Source: a virus
IMG/VR virus record: IMGVR_UViG_3300045988_054859
Direction: 5' to 3' (one strand)
Length of the DNA: 61,533 bases
Within the stretch, counting starts at the first letter, position 1. Each line of letters opens with the position of its first letter. A model generated the notes under the pieces. It was given only the letters and a program-made list of their open reading frames with translations, was not told the origin of the DNA and did no database searches. Below, piece after piece: positions 1-6,712 of this stretch. The translations under genes and the position numbers were made by a program.

Positions 1-119
1 CATTTATCCTGCGCCTCCTTTCGATTAAAATATTTACAGGGGAAACGCTAAATGTTCGTTTTTGGCGTCACGATTTTGCATCAATGACGCGAAACGGGTC
101 GCTTCGGGTTAAAAAAAAG
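1..119. repeat. Terminal direct repeat, copy 1 (identical to 61415..61533)
   Basis: Base-by-base identity read by eye from 'catttatcctgcgcc' to 'ggttaaaaaaaag'. Genes continue across the junction. Confidence 0.95.
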
Positions 120-293
120 GTCGTCGTAGGGATAGCCGAGGGCCTGCTTGATTTTCAGGCTCAGCTTGAGGGACGGGTTCTTGTCGCCGCTCTCAATCTG
201 TGCGTAGTGGCTCCGGCTCACGCCCAGCCGCTCGCTGAAAGTCTGCTGGGTGTAGCCTGCGCCCTCCCGGAGCGTTTGCAGCTTTTTCCGCAT
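81..293 (-). CDS. Cro-like XRE-family HTH regulator (70 aa)
   Basis: Starts MRKKLQTLREGAGYTQQTFSERLGVSRSHYAQIESG, a classic HTH_3 pattern. AGGAGG lies 9 nt upstream of the ATG at 293. Divergent from the CI-like gene. The 3' end lies inside the terminal repeat. Confidence 0.8.
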   Translation of the reverse strand: MRKKLQTLREGAGYTQQTFSERLGVSRSHYAQIESGDKNPSLKLSLKIKQALGYPYDDLFFNPKRPVSRH

Positions 294-318
294 CCTGCCT
301 GTTTCCTCCTTTCTGTGT

Positions 319-366
319 GACCCTTTCGGGGTCTTTCTGTGGTTTATTATAGTCCCTAATTGGGTC
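319..366. promoter_or_regulatory. Two operator-like dyads, GACCC-tttcg-GGGTC (319..333) and GTCCC-taatt-GGGTC (352..366)
   Basis: 15-bp G(T/A)CCC-N5-GGG(T/A)C dyads. One fills the -35/-10 spacer of the leftward promoter and the other lies in its 5' UTR. Centres are 33 bp apart. Confidence 0.5.
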
Positions 367-374
367 AAAGTCAA
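346..374 (-). promoter_or_regulatory. Early leftward sigma70-type promoter TTGACT-17-TATAAT
   Basis: The minus strand reads cTTGACTttgacccaattagggacTATAATaaacc. It sits about 50 nt upstream of the Cro-like gene. Confidence 0.7.
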
Positions 375-400
375 GTTTTTTTCAAAAATTTTTGCTATTT

Positions 401-419
401 ATGACGCAGTTAGCGTCAT
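401..419. promoter_or_regulatory. Perfect dyad ATGACGC-agtta-GCGTCAT in the switch region
   Basis: 7-bp perfect arms with a 5-bp spacer, between the divergent promoters. A near copy lies at 2821..2839. Confidence 0.4.
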
Positions 420-442
420 TTGTCCCCGTGAGGGGATTTTTG

Positions 443-451
443 TGATACAAT
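443..451 (+). promoter_or_regulatory. Extended -10 promoter TGaTACAAT for the CI-like gene and integrase
   Basis: TGnTACAAT lies 28 nt upstream of the ATG at 479, and GGGAGG is between them. There is no good -35. The dyad TCCCC-gtga-GGGGA (423..436) sits just upstream. Confidence 0.45.
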
Positions 452-478
452 ATATAAGTCTTAGGGAGGTACGTCTGT

Positions 479-1042
479 ATGGATAAGTTTTCTGAACGGT
501 TGGTCGCGCTCCGCAAGGAGAAAGATTTGACGCAGGCCGAGTTTGCCCGCCTCTGCGGCAAGCAGCGCACTACGGTCTCCGGCTACGAGACCGAGGGCAA
601 AGAGCCAGATTTCGCCTTGCTCTGCCAGATGGCGGACTATTTCGGGGTAACCACTGACTATCTGCTGGGCCGCGAGGATGAGCGCGCCCACGGTAACGAG
701 GCGTTCCGTCAGGACAATGCAAATTTCAAGCGAAGATATGACGCCCTCCCGAAAGAGCTCCGCGCCGTCGTCTCCTCGACGTTCGATTCGGTCTATGTGC
801 TGCTCTCCCGGTGTATGAACGCGCAGAACGCAGCAGAGCTGGCCCTGTACCGCGAGCTGTTCTCTGAGCTGCAAACCGGTCGCGGCGAGATAAAGAGCAT
901 CCTCGCTGATTGCGGGGGAGACCTGGCAGATGCTTTCCCGCAGATTATGGAGAAGCAGAACACGCTCAAGGCCAAAACCGCCTCTATCCTTGACAGCCTC
1001 TTGCAGGCTGACGTTGCGGCCTTAAAGGATAGCAACAAGTAA
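479..1042 (+). CDS. CI-like XRE-family repressor with C-terminal extension (187 aa)
   Basis: N-terminus is MDKFSERLVALRKEKDLTQAEFARLCGKQRTTVSGYETEGKEPDF...DYLLG (HTH_3), followed by about 115 aa of helical tail. Divergent from the Cro-like gene and upstream of the integrase. Confidence 0.8.
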   Translation: MDKFSERLVALRKEKDLTQAEFARLCGKQRTTVSGYETEGKEPDFALLCQMADYFGVTTDYLLGREDERAHGNEAFRQDNANFKRRYDALPKELRAVVSSTFDSVYVLLSRCMNAQNAAELALYRELFSELQTGRGEIKSILADCGGDLADAFPQIMEKQNTLKAKTASILDSLLQADVAALKDSNK

Positions 1043-1050
1043 CCTTTCGG

Positions 1051-1077
1051 CCTGCGCTCCGGCGCGGGTCTTTTTGT
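1051..1077 (+). terminator. Putative intrinsic terminator or attenuator between repressor and integrase
   Basis: 7-bp GC stem (cctgcgc / gcgcggg, one G.U pair), loop tccg, followed by tctttttgttt. Confidence 0.45.
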
Positions 1078-1089
1078 TTGGAGGTCATC

Positions 1090-2682
1090 ATGGAGCAGTA
1101 TCTCATATATCTGCGCAAGTCTCGTTCCGACCTCGAGGCCGAAGCGCACGGCGAGGGCGAAACGCTCTCACGGCACGAGCACACTCTGCTCGAGCTGGCG
1201 AAAAGGCAGCATCTCAACGTGACCGATATTTACCGCGAGGTCGTCTCTGGTGACACCATCGCTGCCCGCCCAATGATGCAACGGGTTCTCTCCGAGGTTG
1301 AGCAGGGCGTCTGGTCCGGCGTCCTCGTCATGGAGGTCGAGCGTCTGGCGCGCGGCGACACCATCGACCAAGGCATCATCGCGCAGACATTCAAGTTTTC
1401 CGGGACAAAAATAATAACCCCTATAAAAACGTATGACCCTGACAACGAGTTCGACGAGGAGTATTTTGAGTTCGGCTTGTTTATGAGCCGCCGCGAGTAC
1501 AAAATCATCAACCGCCGGTTGCAGCGCGGTCGCCTCGCCTCCGCCAAAGAGGGCAAATGGCCGTCCGGTCTAGCTCCCTTTGGTTATCGTCGGGTAAAGC
1601 TCAAAAACGAAAAGGGCTGCTCGCTCGAGCCAATCGAGGAGCAGGCCGCAATAGTCCGTATGATTTTCGACCTGTACACGGTCGGCTTGCAGGACGAGGA
1701 TGGTTCCGCTCGCCCGCTGTCTCTGGGTTCAATCGCCACGAGGCTCAACGATATGCACATCCCGTCTCCGTCCGGTTCGCAATGGGCAAGAATCACCATT
1801 CGCGGAATCATCAAGAATCCGACGTACATCGGCATGGTGCGCTGGGGCAGCCGTGAGACGAAGAAGAAAGTAGTTGACGGCAAGGTCGTTTCTGTACGCG
1901 GTCCTGCCGACCCAGAGAAAGAGCGCATATTCAAAGGCATTCACCCTCCGCTCATTCCGAAAGAAACATTTGAGCTCGCAAACGATAAGCTCACCCGGAG
2001 TGAGAATACTTCCACGCACAAAGAAAAGGTTGTCCGGAATCCTCTGGCCGGTCTGCTCGTCTGCTCCGAGTGCGGCAGGCAGATGATGCGAATGATAAAC
2101 CCTGTCCATCCAGATATGCCGGTCGTGCGCTGTCCTCGTCGCGGCTGCCCGAATTGTTCGAGCTATCTTCCTATCGTCGAGGAGCGCGTCATACAGGGTC
2201 TCTCCAAGTGGATGAAAGGTTATGAGCTCGAGTGGAGCTCCGCTGCCGCGTCGTCCTCCGTGTCGTCGGTCGGCGTCCGGGAAAAAGCTCTCGCCAGCGC
2301 GGAGGCCGAGCTCCGCAAATTACAGCAGCAGCTCGAACGTACCCACGACTTCCTCGAGCAGGGCATCTACGACACAGACACCTTTCTGTCCCGCTCCCGA
2401 ATGCTCTCCGACAAAATCGCTGCCGCAAAGGATAGTGTCGCCCGCTGCTCCCGTGAGTTGACCGAGGAGAAGCTCCGGGAGACCAGCCGCCGTGACATCA
2501 TCCCTAAGGTTAAGAATTTGCTCGACGTGTACCCGCTGCTCGAAACGGCCGAGGAGAAAAACGCCCTCCTAAAAGAGGTGCTCGAAAAGGTCGTCTATCA
2601 GAAGCTAAACGAGAAGCGCAAAAAGAGTCCTGACGGCTTTACCATTGAGATATACCCGCGCATCCCAAAATCCGAAAAATGA
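1090..2682 (+). CDS. int: Large serine recombinase (integrase), 530 aa
   Basis: N-terminus is YLIYLRKSRSD...GDTIAARPMMQ...VLVMEVERLARG (resolvase catalytic domain). Next comes a recombinase domain (GLAPFGYRR), then a Cys-rich zinc ribbon (CSECG...CPRRGCPNC) and a coiled coil. GGAGG lies 6 nt before the ATG at 1090. Confidence 0.9.
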   Translation: MEQYLIYLRKSRSDLEAEAHGEGETLSRHEHTLLELAKRQHLNVTDIYREVVSGDTIAARPMMQRVLSEVEQGVWSGVLVMEVERLARGDTIDQGIIAQTFKFSGTKIITPIKTYDPDNEFDEEYFEFGLFMSRREYKIINRRLQRGRLASAKEGKWPSGLAPFGYRRVKLKNEKGCSLEPIEEQAAIVRMIFDLYTVGLQDEDGSARPLSLGSIATRLNDMHIPSPSGSQWARITIRGIIKNPTYIGMVRWGSRETKKKVVDGKVVSVRGPADPEKERIFKGIHPPLIPKETFELANDKLTRSENTSTHKEKVVRNPLAGLLVCSECGRQMMRMINPVHPDMPVVRCPRRGCPNCSSYLPIVEERVIQGLSKWMKGYELEWSSAAASSSVSSVGVREKALASAEAELRKLQQQLERTHDFLEQGIYDTDTFLSRSRMLSDKIAAAKDSVARCSRELTEEKLRETSRRDIIPKVKNLLDVYPLLETAEEKNALLKEVLEKVVYQKLNEKRKKSPDGFTIEIYPRIPKSEK

Positions 2683-2684
2683 AA

Positions 2685-2714
2685 AGAGAGGGCCGTTTCG
2701 GTCCTCTCTTTCTT
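2685..2714 (+). terminator. Intrinsic terminator after the integrase
   Basis: 10-bp stem agagagggcc/ggtcctctct (one G.U pair), loop gtttc, followed by ttctt. It starts 3 nt after the stop codon. Confidence 0.55.
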
Positions 2715-2762
2715 ATAGTTATCCTGTTTAGCCATACTCATTAGGATAAACAGGATAACTAT
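2715..2762. other. 48-bp dyad element, candidate attP core
   Basis: Perfect 16-bp inverted arms ATAGTTATCCTGTTTA / TAAACAGGATAACTAT flank a 16-bp non-palindromic centre (gccatactcattagga). It lies immediately downstream of the serine integrase and its terminator. Confidence 0.35.
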
Positions 2763-2820
2763 TTCAGCAGGAACCTCCGGGCTCCTGCTTTCTTTCTGTT
2801 CTGCCGCCGTTTCGTGCATA

Positions 2821-2839
2821 ATGCCGCAAAAAGCGTCAT
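2821..2839. promoter_or_regulatory. Dyad ATGCCGC-aaaaa-GCGTCAT (one mismatch relative to 401..419)
   Basis: Same half-site and 5-bp spacing as the switch-region dyad. It lies 38 bp upstream of the -35 at 2877. Confidence 0.3.
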
Positions 2840-2876
2840 TCTCGAAAACTTTTTGCCACAAATTGCCAGATTTTAC

Positions 2877-2905
2877 TTGACATTGTCCCTTTTAGGGTCT
2901 ATAAT
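2877..2905 (+). promoter_or_regulatory. Consensus sigma70 promoter TTGACA-17-TATAAT (rightward accessory/early operon)
   Basis: Exact consensus hexamers with a 17-bp spacer. The spacer contains the dyad GTCCCttttaGGGTC. Confidence 0.75.
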
Positions 2906-2941
2906 GAGGGTACAAGAAAACGCTATGACCCAAAACGGGTA
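2885..2941. promoter_or_regulatory. Two operator-like dyads, GTCCC-tttta-GGGTC (2885..2899) and GACCC-aaaac-GGGTA (2927..2941)
   Basis: Same motif family as 319..366. The first abuts the -10 and the second abuts the RBS of the first gene. Centres are 42 bp apart. Confidence 0.5.
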
Positions 2942-2954
2942 GGAGGACAAAAAG

Positions 2955-3104
2955 ATGTTTGAAGTGACCTATCAGGAAGTAAACAAGCGCGACGAAGTCG
3001 TCACCAAGCGCAAGTCTTTCAAGACTGCTGCCGCCCGCGACAAGTTTGTCGAGAGAGCATCCCAGAAGGACAACTTCCTTTGTGTTCTCGCTTACGCCGG
3101 TTAA
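2955..3104 (+). CDS. Hypothetical small protein (49 aa, below the ORF-track cutoff)
   Basis: AGGAGG lies 8 nt upstream. Hand translation gives MFEVTYQEVNKRDEVVTKRKSFKTAAARDKFVERASQKDNFLCVLAYAG. Confidence 0.55.
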   Translation: MFEVTYQEVNKRDEVVTKRKSFKTAAARDKFVERASQKDNFLCVLAYAG

Positions 3105-3118
3105 TGGAGGTGCTCAAG

Positions 3119-3277
3119 ATGTTCAAGAAAATCGTGAAATCCATTGCCGCCATCAAGACCGAGAACGACCGCGACGAGTGCTACTGGCAGATTGACCGTG
3201 CATTCGAGGAAGAGCGCATCTCCTTTGAGGACCACGAGCTCCTCTACGGTCTGGCTGGTATGGTTGAGGTCGCTTAA
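3119..3277 (+). CDS. Hypothetical protein (52 aa)
   Basis: GGAGG lies 8 nt before the internal ATG (MFKKIVKS...). No recognisable motif. Confidence 0.55.
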   Translation: MFKKIVKSIAAIKTENDRDECYWQIDRAFEEERISFEDHELLYGLAGMVEVA

Positions 3278-3294
3278 TTTTTTTGCTTTCGCGT

Positions 3295-3340
3295 GTCCCT
3301 TTTAGGGACGTTAAGCAAGCAGTAAGACCCGTTTCGGGTA
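3295..3340. promoter_or_regulatory. Two operator-like dyads, GTCCC-tttta-GGGAC (3295..3309) and GACCC-gtttc-GGGTA (3326..3340)
   Basis: Third paired occurrence of the motif, with centres 31 bp apart. TTGCTT lies upstream but I see no convincing -10. Confidence 0.4.
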
Positions 3341-3350
3341 GGAGGTTTTT

Positions 3351-3773
3351 ATGGAGCTCTACAAGTACACCGGCAGCGTAGCTGTCCTGACCGTTCGCTT
3401 CGGCAAGGCCGAGACCATCACCCTCTACGACAGCTATGACGACAGCGTCGCTCCGGTTCGTCTGGATGTTCGCGGGGCTCTGGCCGAATACATCAAGAAA
3501 ATCGAGGGCACAGACAGCGAGGAGCGGTACATGAATCTCGACTGGTACTACGACTTCAATATGCTGCTCCGGCGCATCGAGGTTCCGGGCGTCCCGTCCG
3601 AAAAGTTCCAGATGGCCGGTGTCCCGGCCAAGGTTCTGACGCAGACCCGCAGCAATCCGGACGAGCTCGTCTGCTTCGGTTGCCCCGACTTCATCAACAC
3701 GAGCAAGCCGGTCTCGATGGGTCAAGATGATTACCAGAACTTCCTCATGTGGAAGCGTGAGAACAGAGATTAA
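3351..3773 (+). CDS. Hypothetical protein (140 aa)
   Basis: AGGAGG RBS. No recognisable motif. Confidence 0.6.
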   Translation: MELYKYTGSVAVLTVRFGKAETITLYDSYDDSVAPVRLDVRGALAEYIKKIEGTDSEERYMNLDWYYDFNMLLRRIEVPGVPSEKFQMAGVPAKVLTQTRSNPDELVCFGCPDFINTSKPVSMGQDDYQNFLMWKRENRD

Positions 3774-3786
3774 GGAGGTGCAGACG

Positions 3787-3951
3787 ATGAAGCGTTACCA
3801 GATTTTGTACAACAAAGCCGGTTTCCCGCTCTGCGTTTGGAAGTCGTCTGAGGAGGAGGCCCGCAGCTTTGCAAACAGGTTTCGGGCTGCTGGTTACTCC
3901 GTCGATGTGTGGGAACACACGGCGACCGGCGCACGAAAAACCAACATCTAA
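3787..3951 (+). CDS. Hypothetical protein (54 aa)
   Basis: AAGGAGGTG lies 6 nt before the ATG (MKRYQILYNKAGFPL...). Confidence 0.55.
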   Translation: MKRYQILYNKAGFPLCVWKSSEEEARSFANRFRAAGYSVDVWEHTATGARKTNI

Positions 3952-4033
3952 CCCCACCTGACGATGGCCGCTGGCGACGGCCGAAACGCCCAAAAGGGCG
4001 TCGCGGGAGCCAAACCGCAAAGGAGTGTCAGCT

Positions 4034-4219
4034 ATGAAAATGAAGTCCTACAAGGCAACTTTCTTCCGCCACAATCCCCAGTTCAAGAATGGCGGTTACG
4101 TCACTGAGCGCAAGATTGAGGCCGTCTCGCTGCCCTCTGCTCGCAAAAGAGCCCGCGAGATTTCCGAGCACTGTGTATACGGCAGCATGGAGCTGCTCGA
4201 CATCGAAATGGAGGCATAA
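4034..4219 (+). CDS. Hypothetical protein (61 aa)
   Basis: AGGAG lies 8 nt before the ATG at 4034 (MKMKSYKATFF...). Confidence 0.5.
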   Translation: MKMKSYKATFFRHNPQFKNGGYVTERKIEAVSLPSARKRAREISEHCVYGSMELLDIEMEA

Positions 4220-4224
4220 GAGAT

Positions 4225-4764
4225 ATGACCGTTCTTGAGCGTTTGAAAGCTGCCGGGTATGACCCGGCCATGTCCCTGTTCCCCGACCGCATCGGCAAGG
4301 CCGGTTCCATGGAGTGCGAGCGTATCCAGATTCGCACGTTCTTCTGCCGTCCTCGCGAAAATGAGGCCGCCATCGGGGTGACTGCAACCGCGATGACCCA
4401 CTTCTCCGACGGCTCGACCCGTCCGTATCCGGACGGCTGGCCGCGTAGCCTTGAGGCCAGTGTCACGCTCTACTTCGCTGGCGACGCGGAATTTCATTAT
4501 TTCGGCAACGTCGCTACCGACCTTGTCGGCTCCGATGCCGAGTTCCGATACAGGCTCTTGAGCCGCTGCATTCAGGACTGCAAGTATTTCCTCGGCTGCG
4601 GCTCGCGTTTCAGCAAGTACCTCTGGGGCTGCTGCGTTGAGAATCATATTCAGGCCATGCGCATCCTGTGGGACAGCTTTTCCGACGACGAGAAGCCGGA
4701 GTGGACCTCTCTCGAGGAGATTGAGCGGTTCAGCAAAAAGATGCTTGAGGAGGAGATTTACTGA
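4225..4764 (+). CDS. Hypothetical protein (179 aa). The C-terminal part resembles standalone polyvalent-protein (LPD-type) domains of Firmicute mobile elements.
   Basis: The pattern YRLLSRCIQDCKYFLGCG...KYLWG...HIQAMRILWDSF..KPEWTSLEEI recalls LPD-type domains from memory only. Confidence 0.55.
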   Translation: MTVLERLKAAGYDPAMSLFPDRIGKAGSMECERIQIRTFFCRPRENEAAIGVTATAMTHFSDGSTRPYPDGWPRSLEASVTLYFAGDAEFHYFGNVATDLVGSDAEFRYRLLSRCIQDCKYFLGCGSRFSKYLWGCCVENHIQAMRILWDSFSDDEKPEWTSLEEIERFSKKMLEEEIY

Positions 4765-5093
4765 TGGCTGCCCGGAATTTCAAGTTGTTCCTCGGCTGTC
4801 TCGGAAACGGCGTAACGGTCTGCAACTCCGCCGTGATGGAGGACGGCGATTTCAAGATGGTCGCTCACATCTCCAACGAGGGAAAAATCACTTGGTACGT
4901 CGGCGAGGATTACCCGCCTGCAGATGCTCTCGCAAGCATCCGGGCCTGCGCAGAGCAGGAGCGGGTAAAGTACGAGACATGGCTCAACGGCCTGTCTCCG
5001 GCCGCGCGCCGGGAGTATCAGCTCGAGCGGCTGCCGCTCCCTGAGTTTCTCGAGGAGCTCCGCAAGGCAAAGGAAGAAAAGGGGGGAGCCTAG
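4764..5093 (+). CDS. Hypothetical protein (109 aa)
   Basis: ATGA stop/start overlap with the previous gene. No recognisable motif. Confidence 0.55.
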   Translation: MAARNFKLFLGCLGNGVTVCNSAVMEDGDFKMVAHISNEGKITWYVGEDYPPADALASIRACAEQERVKYETWLNGLSPAARREYQLERLPLPEFLEELRKAKEEKGGA

Positions 5094-5479
5094 TGTCCCG
5101 CGATATCCACGATTATGACAGCCTCAAAGAGGCGTACAACGACCTGCTCATGTTCGAGCGTTTTCCCGGTCCGGCGCATAGCGAGCGCGTCGAGGAGTTC
5201 GTCATTCAGCTCAAGCGCGACATCCGGGAGTACATCCATCGGGATTCCGATTACCGCATCGTCCGCGACGAGCTCGATTCTTTCGTTGAGCTTGTTGAAC
5301 TGCCCGACTACACCGCCGACTATTCCGAGGAGCGGGCTCTCTTGTGGTTCAAGATGTACCGGTCCTACCGCCTTTTCGACGAGTTGGGCTGCGGCGGGCA
5401 GTTCTTCACCACCGGCGTCAAGCTCTTCCGCCGTCGTGGCCGCTGGTACGCCTATCATTTTGTTTCGGTCGATATGTAA
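5093..5479 (+). CDS. Hypothetical protein (128 aa, GTG start)
   Basis: GTG overlaps the preceding stop codon and a G-rich RBS lies upstream. No recognisable motif. Confidence 0.5.
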   Translation: MSRDIHDYDSLKEAYNDLLMFERFPGPAHSERVEEFVIQLKRDIREYIHRDSDYRIVRDELDSFVELVELPDYTADYSEERALLWFKMYRSYRLFDELGCGGQFFTTGVKLFRRRGRWYAYHFVSVDM

Positions 5480-5489
5480 GGAGGTTCAC

Positions 5490-5912
5490 ATGGAAATCAA
5501 TATCACATACAAAAGCCCGGAGCACGAGGCCGCGTTCCTGTCTGAGCTTCAGCGGATTCCGCACATCGTCAATCCAGAATCCGGTCGCGTCAATCCGTAT
5601 TGGGGCGCGTCCCTGTACCTGCTCTCCGCGCTCACGCGCTGGCCGGAGCTCCGCATTGCCGTCATCGGCGAGGACTACATGATGTTCACGGCCGCAAAGG
5701 AGGCGTTCAATTTGAGCCAGAATGAGCGCATCGTCGTCGAGCTGGCTGCCAATTTCTATAATGCCGGTCTATGGGAGATGCCCGGTTTCGAGATGGTCTA
5801 CGCCACCTGCGACACTGCTTTCACGCTCATTCTTGAGGCGTTCCGCCTGCGTCGTGCAAATCTCTTTTACAAAGACGGGGAGGTGTCCGCAGAATGGGAA
5901 GAAAGAAAATGA
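5490..5912 (+). CDS. Hypothetical protein (140 aa)
   Basis: AAGGAGG lies 6 nt before the ATG at 5490 (MEINITYKSPEHEAAF...). The longer 265-aa ORF in the track is an out-of-context upstream extension. Confidence 0.6.
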   Translation: MEINITYKSPEHEAAFLSELQRIPHIVNPESGRVNPYWGASLYLLSALTRWPELRIAVIGEDYMMFTAAKEAFNLSQNERIVVELAANFYNAGLWEMPGFEMVYATCDTAFTLILEAFRLRRANLFYKDGEVSAEWEERK

Positions 5913-6100
5913 GCCTCCGGCGCGCCGTCGCCATCCTGCGCCTTGTCGCTGCGGATGACCTGTCCTCCGGGCGGGCAATCGACGGGCAGAATGAGGCTGC
6001 CGCCGTCGTGCTGGAAGATTACGAGGAGACAAAGAAAGAGCTCGCAGATTGGGTGAATGCTTCTCCCGAGGAGCTCGCCGATGTTATAGCCGGGATGTAA
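5894..6100 (+). CDS. Hypothetical protein (63-68 aa; start at 5894 or 5909)
   Basis: Overlaps the end of the previous gene. Acidic helical peptide. Confidence 0.45.
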   Translation: MGRKKMSLRRAVAILRLVAADDLSSGRAIDGQNEAAAVVLEDYEETKKELADWVNASPEELADVIAGM

Positions 6101-6113
6101 GGAGGCCTGTACC

Positions 6114-6575
6114 GTGGCTGCTGTCTATCGGACGTTGTATGAGAAGTATGAGCAAAACGACGTTTTGCACGTCGGGATTCAGGAGGTCGTCGAGGCCGAA
6201 AAGGAAATTGACGTGTTCCTCAAGTCTCTCGACCGGAACCAGCGCGACCAGCTCGACACGCTGCTGGGACGTCTGTCCCGTGCCTACGAGATGCAGGGCT
6301 TTCTTTTCGGCGGTCTCGCATCCGGCGCAAAGTGGAACGGCAAGACGGCTCCCGAACCGGGCGACGGATACGGCCGGAGCGTCCGGGCCTATCACGGCTC
6401 AACGCTCGCTCCGGTCTGCCAGATTGACCGCAAGACAAATCAGGTCATACATGAGTATCCGAGTATCGCTGCTGCCTCCCGTGCTACCGGTCTGGATGAC
6501 AGCGCAATCGGAAAGGTATGCAAGGGAAAGTTACCCCATGCGGGCGGTTTCCTCTTCCGGTACATCGAGCAGTAA
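6114..6575 (+). CDS. Putative DNA-binding protein with a NUMOD1/IENR-like C-terminal HTH (153 aa, GTG start)
   Basis: The C-terminus VCQIDRKTNQVIHEYPSIAAASRATGLDDSAIGKVCKGKLPHAGGFLFRY matches the pattern of nuclease-associated modular DNA-binding domains. Confidence 0.55.
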   Translation: MAAVYRTLYEKYEQNDVLHVGIQEVVEAEKEIDVFLKSLDRNQRDQLDTLLGRLSRAYEMQGFLFGGLASGAKWNGKTAPEPGDGYGRSVRAYHGSTLAPVCQIDRKTNQVIHEYPSIAAASRATGLDDSAIGKVCKGKLPHAGGFLFRYIEQ

Positions 6576-6623
6576 ATCTTTCACAGGTACGCAAAAATAT
6601 TTCAAAAAATTGTCATTTTGCTC

Positions 6624-6652
6624 TTGCTTTCCACGCGCTCGCGTGGTATAAT
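6624..6652 (+). promoter_or_regulatory. Promoter TTGCTT-17-TATAAT with TGn extended -10
   Basis: The spacer is filled by the dyad CCACGCG-ct-CGCGTGG (6631..6646), which abuts the -10. Confidence 0.55.
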
Positions 6653-6712
6653 ATAGTCAGTTGAGGGGGTGCTCCTCAATGAGTAAGGTGGCAAGGCCAG
6701 AAAGGAAACGAC

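Noticed and set aside
2715-2762. The 16-bp-arm dyad as a simple second terminator of the integrase gene.
   Set aside because: This cannot be excluded. However, a good terminator already precedes it (2685..2714), the stem is AT-rich with a 16-nt loop, and no U-tract follows. It is kept as an attP candidate with low confidence.
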